Source of the DNA: Candidatus Micrarchaeota archaeon
GTDB lineage: Archaea > Micrarchaeota > Micrarchaeia > Anstonellales > Anstonellaceae
Length of the DNA stretch: 64,000 bases
Assembly: GCA_026413965.1 (NCBI GenBank)
Contig: JAOAJY010000001.1
Coordinates: forward strand, 125,275-189,274
Reading direction: 5' to 3'
Under the pieces are notes generated by a model that was given only the letters and a program-made list of their open reading frames with translations, had not been told where the DNA came from and searched no databases. Positions 18,245 to 27,524 of the stretch are shown in pieces (position 1 is the stretch's first letter; the number at the start of each line of letters is the position of its first letter). The translations under genes and the position numbers were made by a program.

Positions 18245-20104
18245 ATGAAATGCGGAATTGAGATACACCAAAGGATTGCCGGGCGCAAGCTTTTTTGCAG
18301 ATGCCCCTCTCCTTCTGATCACCCATCCTCTGATGGCTCCAAAGCAGGCGAAGCCAGATTCACACGCAGGCTGCATGCTGTTCTCTCAGAGCTTGGGGAG
18401 ATGGATGCTGCGGTCCGGATGGAGTCCATCCGGCAGCGCCAATTTTCATACGCCGCCAGCCTAAACGAGTGTTGCCTTGTTGAGGCAGATGAAGAGCCCC
18501 CGCACCAAATCAGCCAAGAGGCTTTGGCAGCAGCGGTTGCCATATGCCGCCTCCTGAAAAGCAAAGTGGTGGATGAGCTCCATGTGATGCGCAAGAACGT
18601 GATTGACGGCAGCAACACCTCCGGCTTCCAAAGGACAGCTCTTGTGGGCATAGGGGGAGAGGTGGAGACTCCCTTGGGCAAGCTTGCGATACAGACGGTG
18701 TGCTTAGAGGAAGAGAGCGCAGGGATAATTGAGGGCAAAGAGGGCAGCGCCGAATACAGCCTCTCGCGCTTGGGCGTGCCTTTGGTTGAGATAGCCACCG
18801 AGCCCTCGCTTTCAAGCGGCAAGCAAGCCCAAGAAGCGGCTTTTGCCATAGGCTCTCTTTTGCGCAAGACAGGCTTGGTGCAAAGGGGCATAGGCTCCAT
18901 AAGGCAGGACTTGAACGTCTCAATTCCAGGCGGCGCAAGAGTGGAGATAAAAGGAGTGCAGGAGCTGTCAATGATTGCAACCACAGTTGATATGGAGGCC
19001 GCAAGGCAATCCCAGCTTATCCAGATTTCCAAAGAGGCCCAAAAAAGGCTTTCAGGCAAGCCCATAGAGGAGGTTTTTGTTGACCTGACTGAAATATTCA
19101 AGGAGACTTCCTGCTCCATCATAGGCAAAGCCATACGCTCGGGCGGCTGCGCCATGGGGCTTCTCCTGCCAAAGCATGAAGGCCTTCTTGCCAAAGAAAT
19201 CCTCCCAGGCAGGCGGTATGGCACTGAGCTTTCAGATTACGCAAAATCCGCAGGCATAAAAGGCATAATCCATTCTGATGAGAACCTTTCAAAATACGGG
19301 ATAACAGACGATGAGGCGCTAGAGGTCCGGGCAGCCCTCTCCGCCAAGCCTTCGGATGCGTTTGTGATTGCGGCAGGGGAAAGGAGAAAAGCCCAAGCGG
19401 CTCTTTCCGAAGTCTGCCGCAGGGCAAACTATCCCGGAGTGCCTGAGGAGACAAGGAAAGCCAACCCTGACGGAACGTCCAGCTACATGCGCCCTCTTCC
19501 TGGAAAGGCAAGGCTCTATCCTGAGACCGACTTGCCGCCTTTGGAGATAGGCAGCAGCATTTTGCGGAAGGCAGAGGAAGAGGTCAGAAGGATGGAGAAA
19601 GAGGAGAAGGAAAAAGCGCAGCTGCTTTCTGCGCTCAACCCGCAGCTTTCATCGCAAGTTTCAAGCGTGCGCGGGCTGATTTCGCACAACGAGAGCTTCA
19701 GCCAGGAGTTCTCCTCTCCAGAATTTTCGGTTTTTGCGGCTTGCGTGAAAAAAGGAATAGACGCAAAATTCGCAGCTTCGGTCATTTCAAACACCCTTCA
19801 AGCCCTAAAAAGGGAAGGGGCGCCTGTAAGCAGCTTGGATGAGCCGAAGCTGATTGATTTTTTCGAGTCCTTCCAAAAAAGAGTGTTCTCAAAATCAGCC
19901 TCGCCTGAGATTTTGCGGGCAATGTGCCAGGAGGGCATCTCCGCCAGCCAGGCAGCCAAAAAGCTCGGCCTTCAGCTGGTGACAGGAGATGAGCTGCTCA
20001 GCCTGATTTCAAAAGAGAAGCTTGGGATTTCGGAATTCATGGCAAAGCACAGGCTCAGGGTGGATGCTGAAGAGGTGCAGAAGGCATTCAAGAAAATCAC
20101 TTAG
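18245..20104 (+). CDS. gatE: Glu-tRNA(Gln) amidotransferase subunit E
   Basis: MKCGIEIHQRI...KLFC is the archaeal GatE N-terminus. 619 aa with a GatB/YqeY-like C-terminus. Confidence 0.8.
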   Translation: MKCGIEIHQRIAGRKLFCRCPSPSDHPSSDGSKAGEARFTRRLHAVLSELGEMDAAVRMESIRQRQFSYAASLNECCLVEADEEPPHQISQEALAAAVAICRLLKSKVVDELHVMRKNVIDGSNTSGFQRTALVGIGGEVETPLGKLAIQTVCLEEESAGIIEGKEGSAEYSLSRLGVPLVEIATEPSLSSGKQAQEAAFAIGSLLRKTGLVQRGIGSIRQDLNVSIPGGARVEIKGVQELSMIATTVDMEAARQSQLIQISKEAQKRLSGKPIEEVFVDLTEIFKETSCSIIGKAIRSGGCAMGLLLPKHEGLLAKEILPGRRYGTELSDYAKSAGIKGIIHSDENLSKYGITDDEALEVRAALSAKPSDAFVIAAGERRKAQAALSEVCRRANYPGVPEETRKANPDGTSSYMRPLPGKARLYPETDLPPLEIGSSILRKAEEEVRRMEKEEKEKAQLLSALNPQLSSQVSSVRGLISHNESFSQEFSSPEFSVFAACVKKGIDAKFAASVISNTLQALKREGAPVSSLDEPKLIDFFESFQKRVFSKSASPEILRAMCQEGISASQAAKKLGLQLVTGDELLSLISKEKLGISEFMAKHRLRVDAEEVQKAFKKIT

Positions 20105-20912
20105 GCAGCGCATACTCTTTGTTTTCAAGGAATTTTTTTTTCCCGAACCAAAGGATTTCTAGCTTGTCTTTGCTGAATTTCAGCAAATCTTTGTCTTGCG
20201 AGTGGACTTCAAGCGTTATCGTCCCGTCATAAAAGGATTTCAGGCGCCTAATCGCATTCCTCATGTCTATTTTTCCTGCTCCAATCGGCAGGTGCTGGTC
20301 TGCCTTGCGGTCATTGTCATGAAGATGGACGTGCGCTATTTTTTTCCTGAAAGCCTCCAAATATCCTTCGACGCCCTCTCCGCCATCCATGGAAGCATGC
20401 CCGACGTCAAGCGTCATGCCCGCATCCACCTCCTCAAACAACAGTTTGAAGTCCTTTATTGAGAAAGAGGAGGCGCTATAGTTCTCCACCAGAAGCGCCA
20501 GGCCCCTATCGGAAGCTTCCTTGTGCAGCTTCTTCACAGTCTCAATAGTCCTTGCGATGTGCACCTGCCTATCTTGTATGCCGGAAGGAAGGAATTCGGT
20601 GTGCACAGTGGCTTTTTTTGCCCCCAGCATGGCCGCTGCGTCAAAAGCCAAGCAAAATTCCTCCACAATCGCCTTCTGCACGCGCGGATAGGGGTGAGCC
20701 ACTGAGAAGTACCACGGGAAATGGCTCAGCACCCCGAAATTGTAGGAGTGCAAAGCATCATGTATCTCCTTTTTGCCTGCCATTATCTTTTCAGGAGTTG
20801 CGCCAGGAGCCTCTATGGTGATTTCAACAAAGTCAAATCCCATCTCTCCAAAAAGAGAAATCTGCCCCGCCAGGCTTTCCTTCGGGCTGTTCATAGCCCC
20901 GATAATCAACAA
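20097..20912 (-). CDS. xylose-isomerase-like TIM-barrel protein (sugar phosphate isomerase/epimerase or AP endonuclease family 2)
   Basis: HVHLHDNDRKADQHLPIGAGKID and VGHASMDGGEG metal-binding blocks. Confidence 0.5.
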   Translation of the reverse strand: MLIIGAMNSPKESLAGQISLFGEMGFDFVEITIEAPGATPEKIMAGKKEIHDALHSYNFGVLSHFPWYFSVAHPYPRVQKAIVEEFCLAFDAAAMLGAKKATVHTEFLPSGIQDRQVHIARTIETVKKLHKEASDRGLALLVENYSASSFSIKDFKLLFEEVDAGMTLDVGHASMDGGEGVEGYLEAFRKKIAHVHLHDNDRKADQHLPIGAGKIDMRNAIRRLKSFYDGTITLEVHSQDKDLLKFSKDKLEILWFGKKKFLENKEYALPK

Positions 20913-20921
20913 ATCACCTGC

Positions 20922-21668
20922 CTATCCTATCTGGATTTCCTCCTCAATCTTTTTTATCCTATTCAAGGCAGACAAGGCTGCAAGCATGGAGGTTTTTGGG
21001 TTCTGCCTAAAGGGCACATTCTCAAAAGCCATCTCCATAGCCCCTGCTGAGGAGGAAGCGATTATCTTGTGGGTGTTTCTTTTTGCGCAAGGGTCGCTTA
21101 TTATCCTGACTTTGGTTTTCCGGAATCCTGCTCCGGCTATTGAGATTGCTGCTGACACATTCACGTTCTTTGGATAAAGCCTGCATGCTTCCTGCGCGCT
21201 TCCTTCAAACAAAACCACCCGCCTAGCATCCATTCTCCCAAAGGCTGCAGGCGGCTTGGAGGTCTCAAGGACAACTCTGAGTCCGGCTTTCCTTGCCGCT
21301 GATATGGCGTCCAAGCCGCCTATGGCTCCTGACGGAATGTATATTTTCCTCCTATGCTTTCTGGCTTTTCTTTTCAAAAGCTCCAGCAGCTTTTGGTCAG
21401 CAAGCGCCCCTACTGACATGACCATCACATCGCAGTGCTCAAGGCATCCAAAAAGCATAGGGACTGCTTGCTGGGAAGCCGCTTCCACCACAAGCTCTGC
21501 TCCTCCGCACCTTTCCGGCATCTTGCTGTAGAATGGGCACCTCAGCCCCAGCCTTTCCATCCTTTTTTTGGCTTTTGGATCCGAATCCAACACCCACACA
21601 AGCTGCTTTTTTAGCCGCATGGCAAGAAAGCTGCCGATGTTGCCCAAGCCAATCAGGCCAATCCTCAT
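20922..21668 (-). CDS. L-aspartate dehydrogenase-like NAD(P)-binding protein
   Basis: MRIGLIGLGNIGSFLAMRL Rossmann N-terminus. Size of 248 aa fits NadX-type enzymes. Confidence 0.5.
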   Translation of the reverse strand: MRIGLIGLGNIGSFLAMRLKKQLVWVLDSDPKAKKRMERLGLRCPFYSKMPERCGGAELVVEAASQQAVPMLFGCLEHCDVMVMSVGALADQKLLELLKRKARKHRRKIYIPSGAIGGLDAISAARKAGLRVVLETSKPPAAFGRMDARRVVLFEGSAQEACRLYPKNVNVSAAISIAGAGFRKTKVRIISDPCAKRNTHKIIASSSAGAMEMAFENVPFRQNPKTSMLAALSALNRIKKIEEEIQIG

Positions 21669-21677
21669 CGCATCTCC

Positions 21678-22088
21678 TCACAACAGATTGCCCAATCCAC
21701 TGCCTTCCAACGCTTTTTTCCGCTCGATATATGCCTTATGGAGCTTTTCCACCGCCCTTTCATCTATTCTTACCCTTCCGCCGTGCGGCCTGAGAGCTCC
21801 TGAGAAAGTTTTGGGTATGTGCAAAAGCTCGTGTATCAGCACCTTCTCCTTTTCGCTTTCAGGCAGCTTGTCGTAATGCTGGGAAACCACTTCTATTATG
21901 TAAAATGCCCCCACCCCAAGCGCCTTCTGCCATATCTTCGGCAAGTTCCATATCCTTGCGTATGCGTTTGCTTTGGTGTTGTATGAGCGCATGCAAAAAA
22001 TCCTGAACTCGTTTATATGCCCATAGGAAAGCGCGCTTACAATATCGGTTATTTTCCGCTCAACATCAGGAGCCATCTCAACCTGCAT
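21678..22088 (-). CDS. putative HExxH zinc metalloprotease (SprT/DUF45-like)
   Basis: HELLH motif in a 136-aa protein. Confidence 0.4.
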   Translation of the reverse strand: MQVEMAPDVERKITDIVSALSYGHINEFRIFCMRSYNTKANAYARIWNLPKIWQKALGVGAFYIIEVVSQHYDKLPESEKEKVLIHELLHIPKTFSGALRPHGGRVRIDERAVEKLHKAYIERKKALEGSGLGNLL

Positions 22089-22148
22089 GAATGGCTAACC
22101 GCAGCCCAATTTTTATATGTGCCCCCCAAAAATCCATGCGGTGCGGCA

Positions 22149-23462
22149 ATGGGGAATCTGGAAGCCTTCTTCAGCAGGTGCCAAGAGGCATGCGAAGAAA
22201 TATTGCGCATGCAAAATCCCCTCGTAGTCCATCACTATGACTGCGACGGCATAGCGTCAGGCTCAATAGCGGCGTGGTGGCTTGAGCAGAATGGAAAGCA
22301 GTATCGCATGGTTTCGGTCAGGAAGCTGGACGAGCTTTTCCTAAGCTCCATCGCCGGCGAGCCTAATTTGGTGTTTGTGGATTTGGGGAGCGGAACCCCT
22401 ATGGTGGAAGAGCTCAAAAGCAGCATCGTCATAATTGACCACCACCAGCCTGCGTTCAAATCCTGCCTGCAGGCAAATCCCCATCTTTTTGGGTTTGATG
22501 GCGGGCATGAAATCTCCGCCTCAGGCTGCGCTCATTTTGTCTTCAACTCTCGGGCAGATTTGGGGGTGGTGGGGGCAGTTGGAGACATCCAATATCCTCT
22601 AAAAAGCCTCAACAGGATAATGCTTGACAAGGCAGTGTCATCCAAGCAGGTGGCAGTCTCCACAGACCTGCGCCTTTTTGGCAGGAATTCCCGACCGCTC
22701 ATCCAGTTCCTCTCATTCTCAGACGACCCTTACCTTCCAGGGCTCACAGGGAACGAGGAGGCTTGCGCCAAGCTCCTCTCAGAGCTTTCCATCAGCCTCA
22801 AAGAAGGGGAAAAATGGCGGGCGTATTCAGACTTGTCTTTGGAGGAAAAAAGGCGGCTGGTCTCCGCTCTTGCGGAGATCGTCTCGCAGCGCATCTCTCC
22901 AGAGGCAGCTTCCAGCCTCACAGGAGAGGTGTATTCTCTGCTGCAGCAGCCGCAAAACACAGAGCTTTCGGATGCTTCTGAATTTGCCACCCTGCTCAAC
23001 GCATGCGGCAGGAACTCCCAGCCGCAGCTGGGCGTGGATGTCTGCCTTTCCAGGCAAGGCGCCTTTGAGTCAGCCCGCCTCCTTTTGGCTGAGCATAGGA
23101 GAAGGCTGCGGGAAGGGATAGAATTTGCCCTCAAAAACGTGCAGGATTTCGGCAAGTTCTTTCTGATAGATGGCCGCGGAGCCATTCCAGACTCCATAAT
23201 CGGCGTGGTTTCAGGCATGATTTTTCCAGGAGGCAAAAGCAAGCCTGTGCTGGGGCTCTCCCTTGAGGAGACTGGCGCGATAAAGCTTTCTGCAAGGGGA
23301 ACTAGGAAGCTTGTTGAGGAAGGGCTCAACTTGGGCAAGATAATGGCAGAAGCAAGCTCTTCGGTCGGAGGGGTTGGCGGAGGGCACAACATAGCGGCAG
23401 GAGCCACCATACCCGCAGACAAGCTTGATGCGTTTGTGCAGGAGTTCGCAAGGAGGCTATGA
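22149..23462 (+). CDS. DHH-family phosphoesterase (RecJ/GAN-like)
   Basis: HHYDCDGIASG (motif I) and IIDHHQP (DHH motif). ATG at 22149 is in frame with the longer listed ORF. Confidence 0.6.
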   Translation: MGNLEAFFSRCQEACEEILRMQNPLVVHHYDCDGIASGSIAAWWLEQNGKQYRMVSVRKLDELFLSSIAGEPNLVFVDLGSGTPMVEELKSSIVIIDHHQPAFKSCLQANPHLFGFDGGHEISASGCAHFVFNSRADLGVVGAVGDIQYPLKSLNRIMLDKAVSSKQVAVSTDLRLFGRNSRPLIQFLSFSDDPYLPGLTGNEEACAKLLSELSISLKEGEKWRAYSDLSLEEKRRLVSALAEIVSQRISPEAASSLTGEVYSLLQQPQNTELSDASEFATLLNACGRNSQPQLGVDVCLSRQGAFESARLLLAEHRRRLREGIEFALKNVQDFGKFFLIDGRGAIPDSIIGVVSGMIFPGGKSKPVLGLSLEETGAIKLSARGTRKLVEEGLNLGKIMAEASSSVGGVGGGHNIAAGATIPADKLDAFVQEFARRL

Positions 23463-25766
23463 CTTCTTGGCTTTTTTGGGCTTCTCAATGCTTTCCTGCA
23501 TCTCCGCGCTTTCCTGGACTTCCTGGCTGACCAAAGAGGAGAAGACTTTTTGCCATTCAGCATCCACCAATTTCCAATCCACCTCTCCTTCTGATGCCTC
23601 CAGCCTCTTGAGCAGGTTGTTTGCTTGCGTGGTGCATTTGAGGACAAAGTCAAGCTCCAAAAACTGCGGGTGGGAATACTTGCGGGAAGCCTCGAGTATC
23701 TGAGAATAAAGCTTGCCTTTGAAAAACGCCTCCATGATGTACTGCGCAGGAGGAATTCCTGTCTCCTCGCATCTTCTCTCAAGAGCAGGAGGGATGAATT
23801 CCAACTTCAGACTCTTTGAGATTTTGCCCAAATCCGCATCAGCAAGAGACTTTGCCTCTGCTTCTGGGAGGTTGGTGAAAAGGCATTTCAGCCTGGTGCT
23901 CTCTATGTCTTCTCCCCTCTCAAGCCTGAAAACCTCCACAAATTTCCTCTCCTTCAAATCAGTCTCATACTGGAAGCCCAGCATCCTGTAAACCTGCGCC
24001 TTTCTCCCAAACCTCACTTTTTTGAGGAAAGAGTACCTGTCAGTTGAGAACATGGAGGCAGCCGGCACCCCAAACACCAGCTCAAGCCTGTCCTGCACGT
24101 CCTTCAACGACTGGGCATGGAGGTTGTAAAGAAGGAATATGCCTGGCTGCGTGTTCAGCAGGTTGATCACTCCCTGCACAGCAAGGCGCGAGCGGATTTC
24201 ATTTATTATGACGCAGGCATCTCCCATGCGCAAGGCCGCATTGGTCATGGAGACCAAGTCAAGCTCGCTGCTCCCTATGTCTTCCCTGTCTGAAGACTGG
24301 ACTTGCACTGCGCCTATGTGGAAACCGCGCTTCCGGTAGGCTTTGGTAGGAATCTCCTCAATATCCTGTATTGGCAATATCCTCTTCTTTGTCCCTATGG
24401 CGGCGATTTTTGCTGAGGTGAAGGCGGTTTTGCCCACTCCTTTTAGCCCAAGGACAGCCTCAGAGCAGCCCAGGCTGACCATGACATCGTCATATCCTGC
24501 AAAAAAAGGGCTCATGGAGCCAAGCTTAAGATACATGGGGTAGGTGAAAGGCTGGTCCCTCATTATCCTAAGCGCAGCTTGAAGCTCCCCGAAAGTCGCA
24601 GGCGGCCTTTGCAGGTGGCATCTCATGGCAAGCCGGGTGAGGACCACATCAATCACCGGCTGGTTCTTGTCAAACCGCTTGGTTCCTTGCGATGCCGCCA
24701 CTATGTTCTTGAACGCATTCTCCATCATCTCATGGTTGTATCTCCAAAGCGTATGGCACAGGCCGTACTTGGCATGCTCTATGTAAATGGGAGAATTCTC
24801 GCCATCGATGTAAATGTCAGTTATGTTGTCCCTGTCCAAAGCCATGTTCTCAATAGGCGCGCCCAAGCCAACCACCCATGCGGCAGCTTCTCTGCCCATG
24901 GCAATTGCCTGCTCTTGCGTTATGGGTATCTTCTCCAAAGTGGCTCGGTCTATGAACGATTGCGCATACTCGCGCGAGCGGTCATCAAAGACAGTCGCAT
25001 AATCCAACGTTTGCCGTATGTCTTTCAAGCCTTCCTGTATTGTAGCCCTAAGCATCTCCTGAAGCTTGGCAGGCAGGTTCTCTATGGTCGGGTTCTCAAT
25101 AGTGTAAAGGTGCGCCTCTCCGCCGGGTATGTCGTAGATTTTCACTTGCAGCCCTCCTGGAAGCTCGTATTGGGCATCCTTTGAGTCAATCAAGACAGCC
25201 TCCTTTGGGACTGAGAGCATGAAGTTTTGTATGAAAAGCAGGCTCTTGAGCCCAAGCAGCGCCAAAAAGGCCGCCCGCAAATCCCCTGTCTTTTGGCAAA
25301 GAAGATAAAGGGAAGACTTGGTGTAGGCTTCAAGTATCCCATTCACCCAAGCCTTGAAGTTCCTGTGCCCCTCAACAAAAACCGCCTTTTCTGGGTAAGG
25401 CTCGCTGTATGACTTCAGCACTTGCGCAGCCACCAGCGGATTCATGAACATGAATTCGTAAAAGTCTTTCAGCGCCTTCTTTCTCTGCTGGTAATAGTCG
25501 TCCTCGGGCCTGCCATAAGTCTTTGGGTTGAGCATTATCGCCTCGACCTGCCTCACAATAGCGTTGTACTCAGAAATTATCGCGCTTTTTTCAGCATCCA
25601 GCTCCACCACTATCTCTTCTTCATATCTCATGGTTTTCCAAGGCTTCAGGAGCTGCGAGGTGACCCTCAGATGCGAGTTTATGCACTGGGGGGTGGTCAA
25701 TCCAAGGCCGCAAGTGGGGCAGTCCATCACCAGGCGCATCCCTTGGTATGAAGGTCGGCAACCCAT
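23457..25766 (-). CDS. highly divergent type II/IV secretion-family ATPase (FlaI/PilB/VirB11-like) with long N- and C-terminal extensions
   Basis: N2-like ITDIYIDGENSPIYIEHAKYG, Walker A GLKGVGKT, Asp box RILPIQDIEEIP, Walker B DACVIINEIRS, and His box LLNTQPGIFLLYNLHAQS, in canonical order. Length 769 aa. Confidence 0.55.
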   Translation of the reverse strand: MGCRPSYQGMRLVMDCPTCGLGLTTPQCINSHLRVTSQLLKPWKTMRYEEEIVVELDAEKSAIISEYNAIVRQVEAIMLNPKTYGRPEDDYYQQRKKALKDFYEFMFMNPLVAAQVLKSYSEPYPEKAVFVEGHRNFKAWVNGILEAYTKSSLYLLCQKTGDLRAAFLALLGLKSLLFIQNFMLSVPKEAVLIDSKDAQYELPGGLQVKIYDIPGGEAHLYTIENPTIENLPAKLQEMLRATIQEGLKDIRQTLDYATVFDDRSREYAQSFIDRATLEKIPITQEQAIAMGREAAAWVVGLGAPIENMALDRDNITDIYIDGENSPIYIEHAKYGLCHTLWRYNHEMMENAFKNIVAASQGTKRFDKNQPVIDVVLTRLAMRCHLQRPPATFGELQAALRIMRDQPFTYPMYLKLGSMSPFFAGYDDVMVSLGCSEAVLGLKGVGKTAFTSAKIAAIGTKKRILPIQDIEEIPTKAYRKRGFHIGAVQVQSSDREDIGSSELDLVSMTNAALRMGDACVIINEIRSRLAVQGVINLLNTQPGIFLLYNLHAQSLKDVQDRLELVFGVPAASMFSTDRYSFLKKVRFGRKAQVYRMLGFQYETDLKERKFVEVFRLERGEDIESTRLKCLFTNLPEAEAKSLADADLGKISKSLKLEFIPPALERRCEETGIPPAQYIMEAFFKGKLYSQILEASRKYSHPQFLELDFVLKCTTQANNLLKRLEASEGEVDWKLVDAEWQKVFSSLVSQEVQESAEMQESIEKPKKAKKS

Positions 25767-25849
25767 GCTATCTGCAACACGTCTCAGGTTTTTAAATTAT
25801 GATTAAAGAAGGGAAAAGCGCGGCTTTCAAGCCGCGCAAAAACAAAAAC

Positions 25850-26065
25850 TCATGCATTCTTCAGCTTCGCCTTGTAGACATATCCGTCCTTCCCAAGGTA
25901 GTACATGTACCCTTTCTGCTTCTCCACCTTCTCAGTGCCGACCTTCTTTTTCCTTCCGCCTTTGTTGTGCTTCATCGGGGCAGCCCAAACATATCCGTCC
26001 TTCCCTATGTAGTAAAGGTAGCCGTCCTCGCGCTTGATTTTCTCGCTCCCAATCTTTTGTCCCAT
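25850..26065 (-). CDS. small basic protein with internal tandem duplication
   Basis: EDGYLYYIGKDGYVWAAPMK and QKGYMYYLGKDGYVYKAKLK are two near-identical modules in 71 aa. Sits directly upstream of the ATPase on the same strand. Confidence 0.4.
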   Translation of the reverse strand: MGQKIGSEKIKREDGYLYYIGKDGYVWAAPMKHNKGGRKKKVGTEKVEKQKGYMYYLGKDGYVYKAKLKNA

Positions 26066-26196
26066 TCAGACACCTCCAAAATAGATATCGGGATTTTCCC
26101 GCCGTGTCTTCGTCGGCATAATTTATAAAGATATGTCTGCGCCCTTTGGCAATAGGTTTAAACGTTCGCCCTGCATTAGCTTAAAGGCGTGATTGG

Positions 26197-27522
26197 ATGG
26201 ATTTGGGAAGGAGCCTGCGCGCCGCTCTGGCGAAATTCACAGGCGCTCCGCTGGCAGACGAAAAAGCGGTCAAATTGCTTTGCCGCGAGCTTCAGCGCAT
26301 ACTCATCTCCTCAGACGTGAATGTGCGCCTGGTTTTTGAGCTGACCAAGAAGATAGAGGCAAGGGCTCTTGACTCAAAGCTTGCAAAGGGCTTGTCTTTG
26401 AGGGAGCATGTGGTCAAGGTGGTTTATGAGGAGCTTTCCTCTCTTATGGGAAGCCAATACGAGCCAAAAATCAGCCCCCACAAGATTCTTCTTCTCGGGC
26501 TTTACGGGAGCGGCAAGACCACCACAGCAGGCAAGCTTGCTCACTTTTACAAAAGCAGAGGGCTTTCGGTAGCGCTGGTATGCTGCGATACCGACCGCCC
26601 GGCAGCATATGAGCAGCTTGAGCAAGTGGCGAAATCCTCCGGCTCCGCATTCTATGGCATCAAAGGAGAAAAGGACGCGCTGAAAATACTTGGCTATGCG
26701 ATGCAAAAATGCAAAGAAGACGTGATAATAGCGGATTCTTCGGGAAGAAGCGCGTTTGACGAGGCTCTTGTGCAGCAGCTCAAGCAGATAAGCCAAGCCT
26801 TCAGCCCAGACGAAAAATTCCTGGTGATATCTGCCGACATAGGGCAGGTGGCAGGCAAGCAGGCTGAGCAGTTCAACCAAGCCGTAGGGCTGTCTGGCGT
26901 TGTAATCACCAAGCTGGATGGCAGCGGAAAAGGGGGAGGGGCGCTTTCCGCAGTTGCTGCCAGCGGGGCGAAAGTCGCATTCGTCGGCACAGGCGAAAAG
27001 ATGGACGCTTTGGAGCCTTTCAACGCCCAGAAGTTCGTGGGCAGGCTTCTTGGCTTTCCTGATTTGGAGGCGCTGATGCAGAAAGTCAAGAAAATCTCAG
27101 AGGAAGAGAAGCTGCAAGAGGGATTGGACGAGAAGCTTACCCTGAGGGCTTTCTATGAGCAGCTTCGGGCAGCCAAAAAGCTCGGGCCGCTATCAAGCGT
27201 GTTCTCCATGCTTGGCATGGCTGATGTGCCTGACGAGCTTGTGAAAAACAGCGAAGAGAAGCTGAAGAAATTCGAGAGCATAATAAACTCCATGACGCCG
27301 CAAGAAAGGGAAGACGCGCAGCTTGTCAAGAAAAGCCGCTCCAGGATAGAAAGGATAGCGCGCGGCTCCGGAACCTCTGAAAAAGACGTGCGCGAGCTGA
27401 TTTCCCAATTTGAGAAAGTGGAAAGCATGGTCAACCAATTCAAGCACAACCGAAGCCTGAGGAAAAAGATGGAGAAGCTTATGCGGGGCGCAAACATAGA
27501 CTTGTCAAGGCTTGGAGGCTGA
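26197..27522 (+). CDS. srp54: signal recognition particle protein SRP54
   Basis: G-domain GLYGSGKTTTAGKLA and DTDRPAA. M-domain SMTPQEREDAQLVKKSRSRIERIARGSGTSEKDVRELISQFEKV. Confidence 0.85.
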   Translation: MDLGRSLRAALAKFTGAPLADEKAVKLLCRELQRILISSDVNVRLVFELTKKIEARALDSKLAKGLSLREHVVKVVYEELSSLMGSQYEPKISPHKILLLGLYGSGKTTTAGKLAHFYKSRGLSVALVCCDTDRPAAYEQLEQVAKSSGSAFYGIKGEKDALKILGYAMQKCKEDVIIADSSGRSAFDEALVQQLKQISQAFSPDEKFLVISADIGQVAGKQAEQFNQAVGLSGVVITKLDGSGKGGGALSAVAASGAKVAFVGTGEKMDALEPFNAQKFVGRLLGFPDLEALMQKVKKISEEEKLQEGLDEKLTLRAFYEQLRAAKKLGPLSSVFSMLGMADVPDELVKNSEEKLKKFESIINSMTPQEREDAQLVKKSRSRIERIARGSGTSEKDVRELISQFEKVESMVNQFKHNRSLRKKMEKLMRGANIDLSRLGG

Positions 27523-27524
27523 CC

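Noticed and set aside
18319-19224. 301-aa minus-strand ORF inside gatE
   Set aside because: Antisense to the high-confidence gatE, with low-complexity translation.
22017-22148. N-terminal extension of the DHH phosphoesterase ORF
   Set aside because: It overlaps the end of the opposite-strand metalloprotease gene. A conserved DHH N-terminus starts at the internal ATG at 22149.
22730-23782. 350-aa minus-strand ORF spanning the DHH gene and ATPase 3' end
   Set aside because: Antisense to two motif-supported genes. It is Ser/Arg/Ala-rich.
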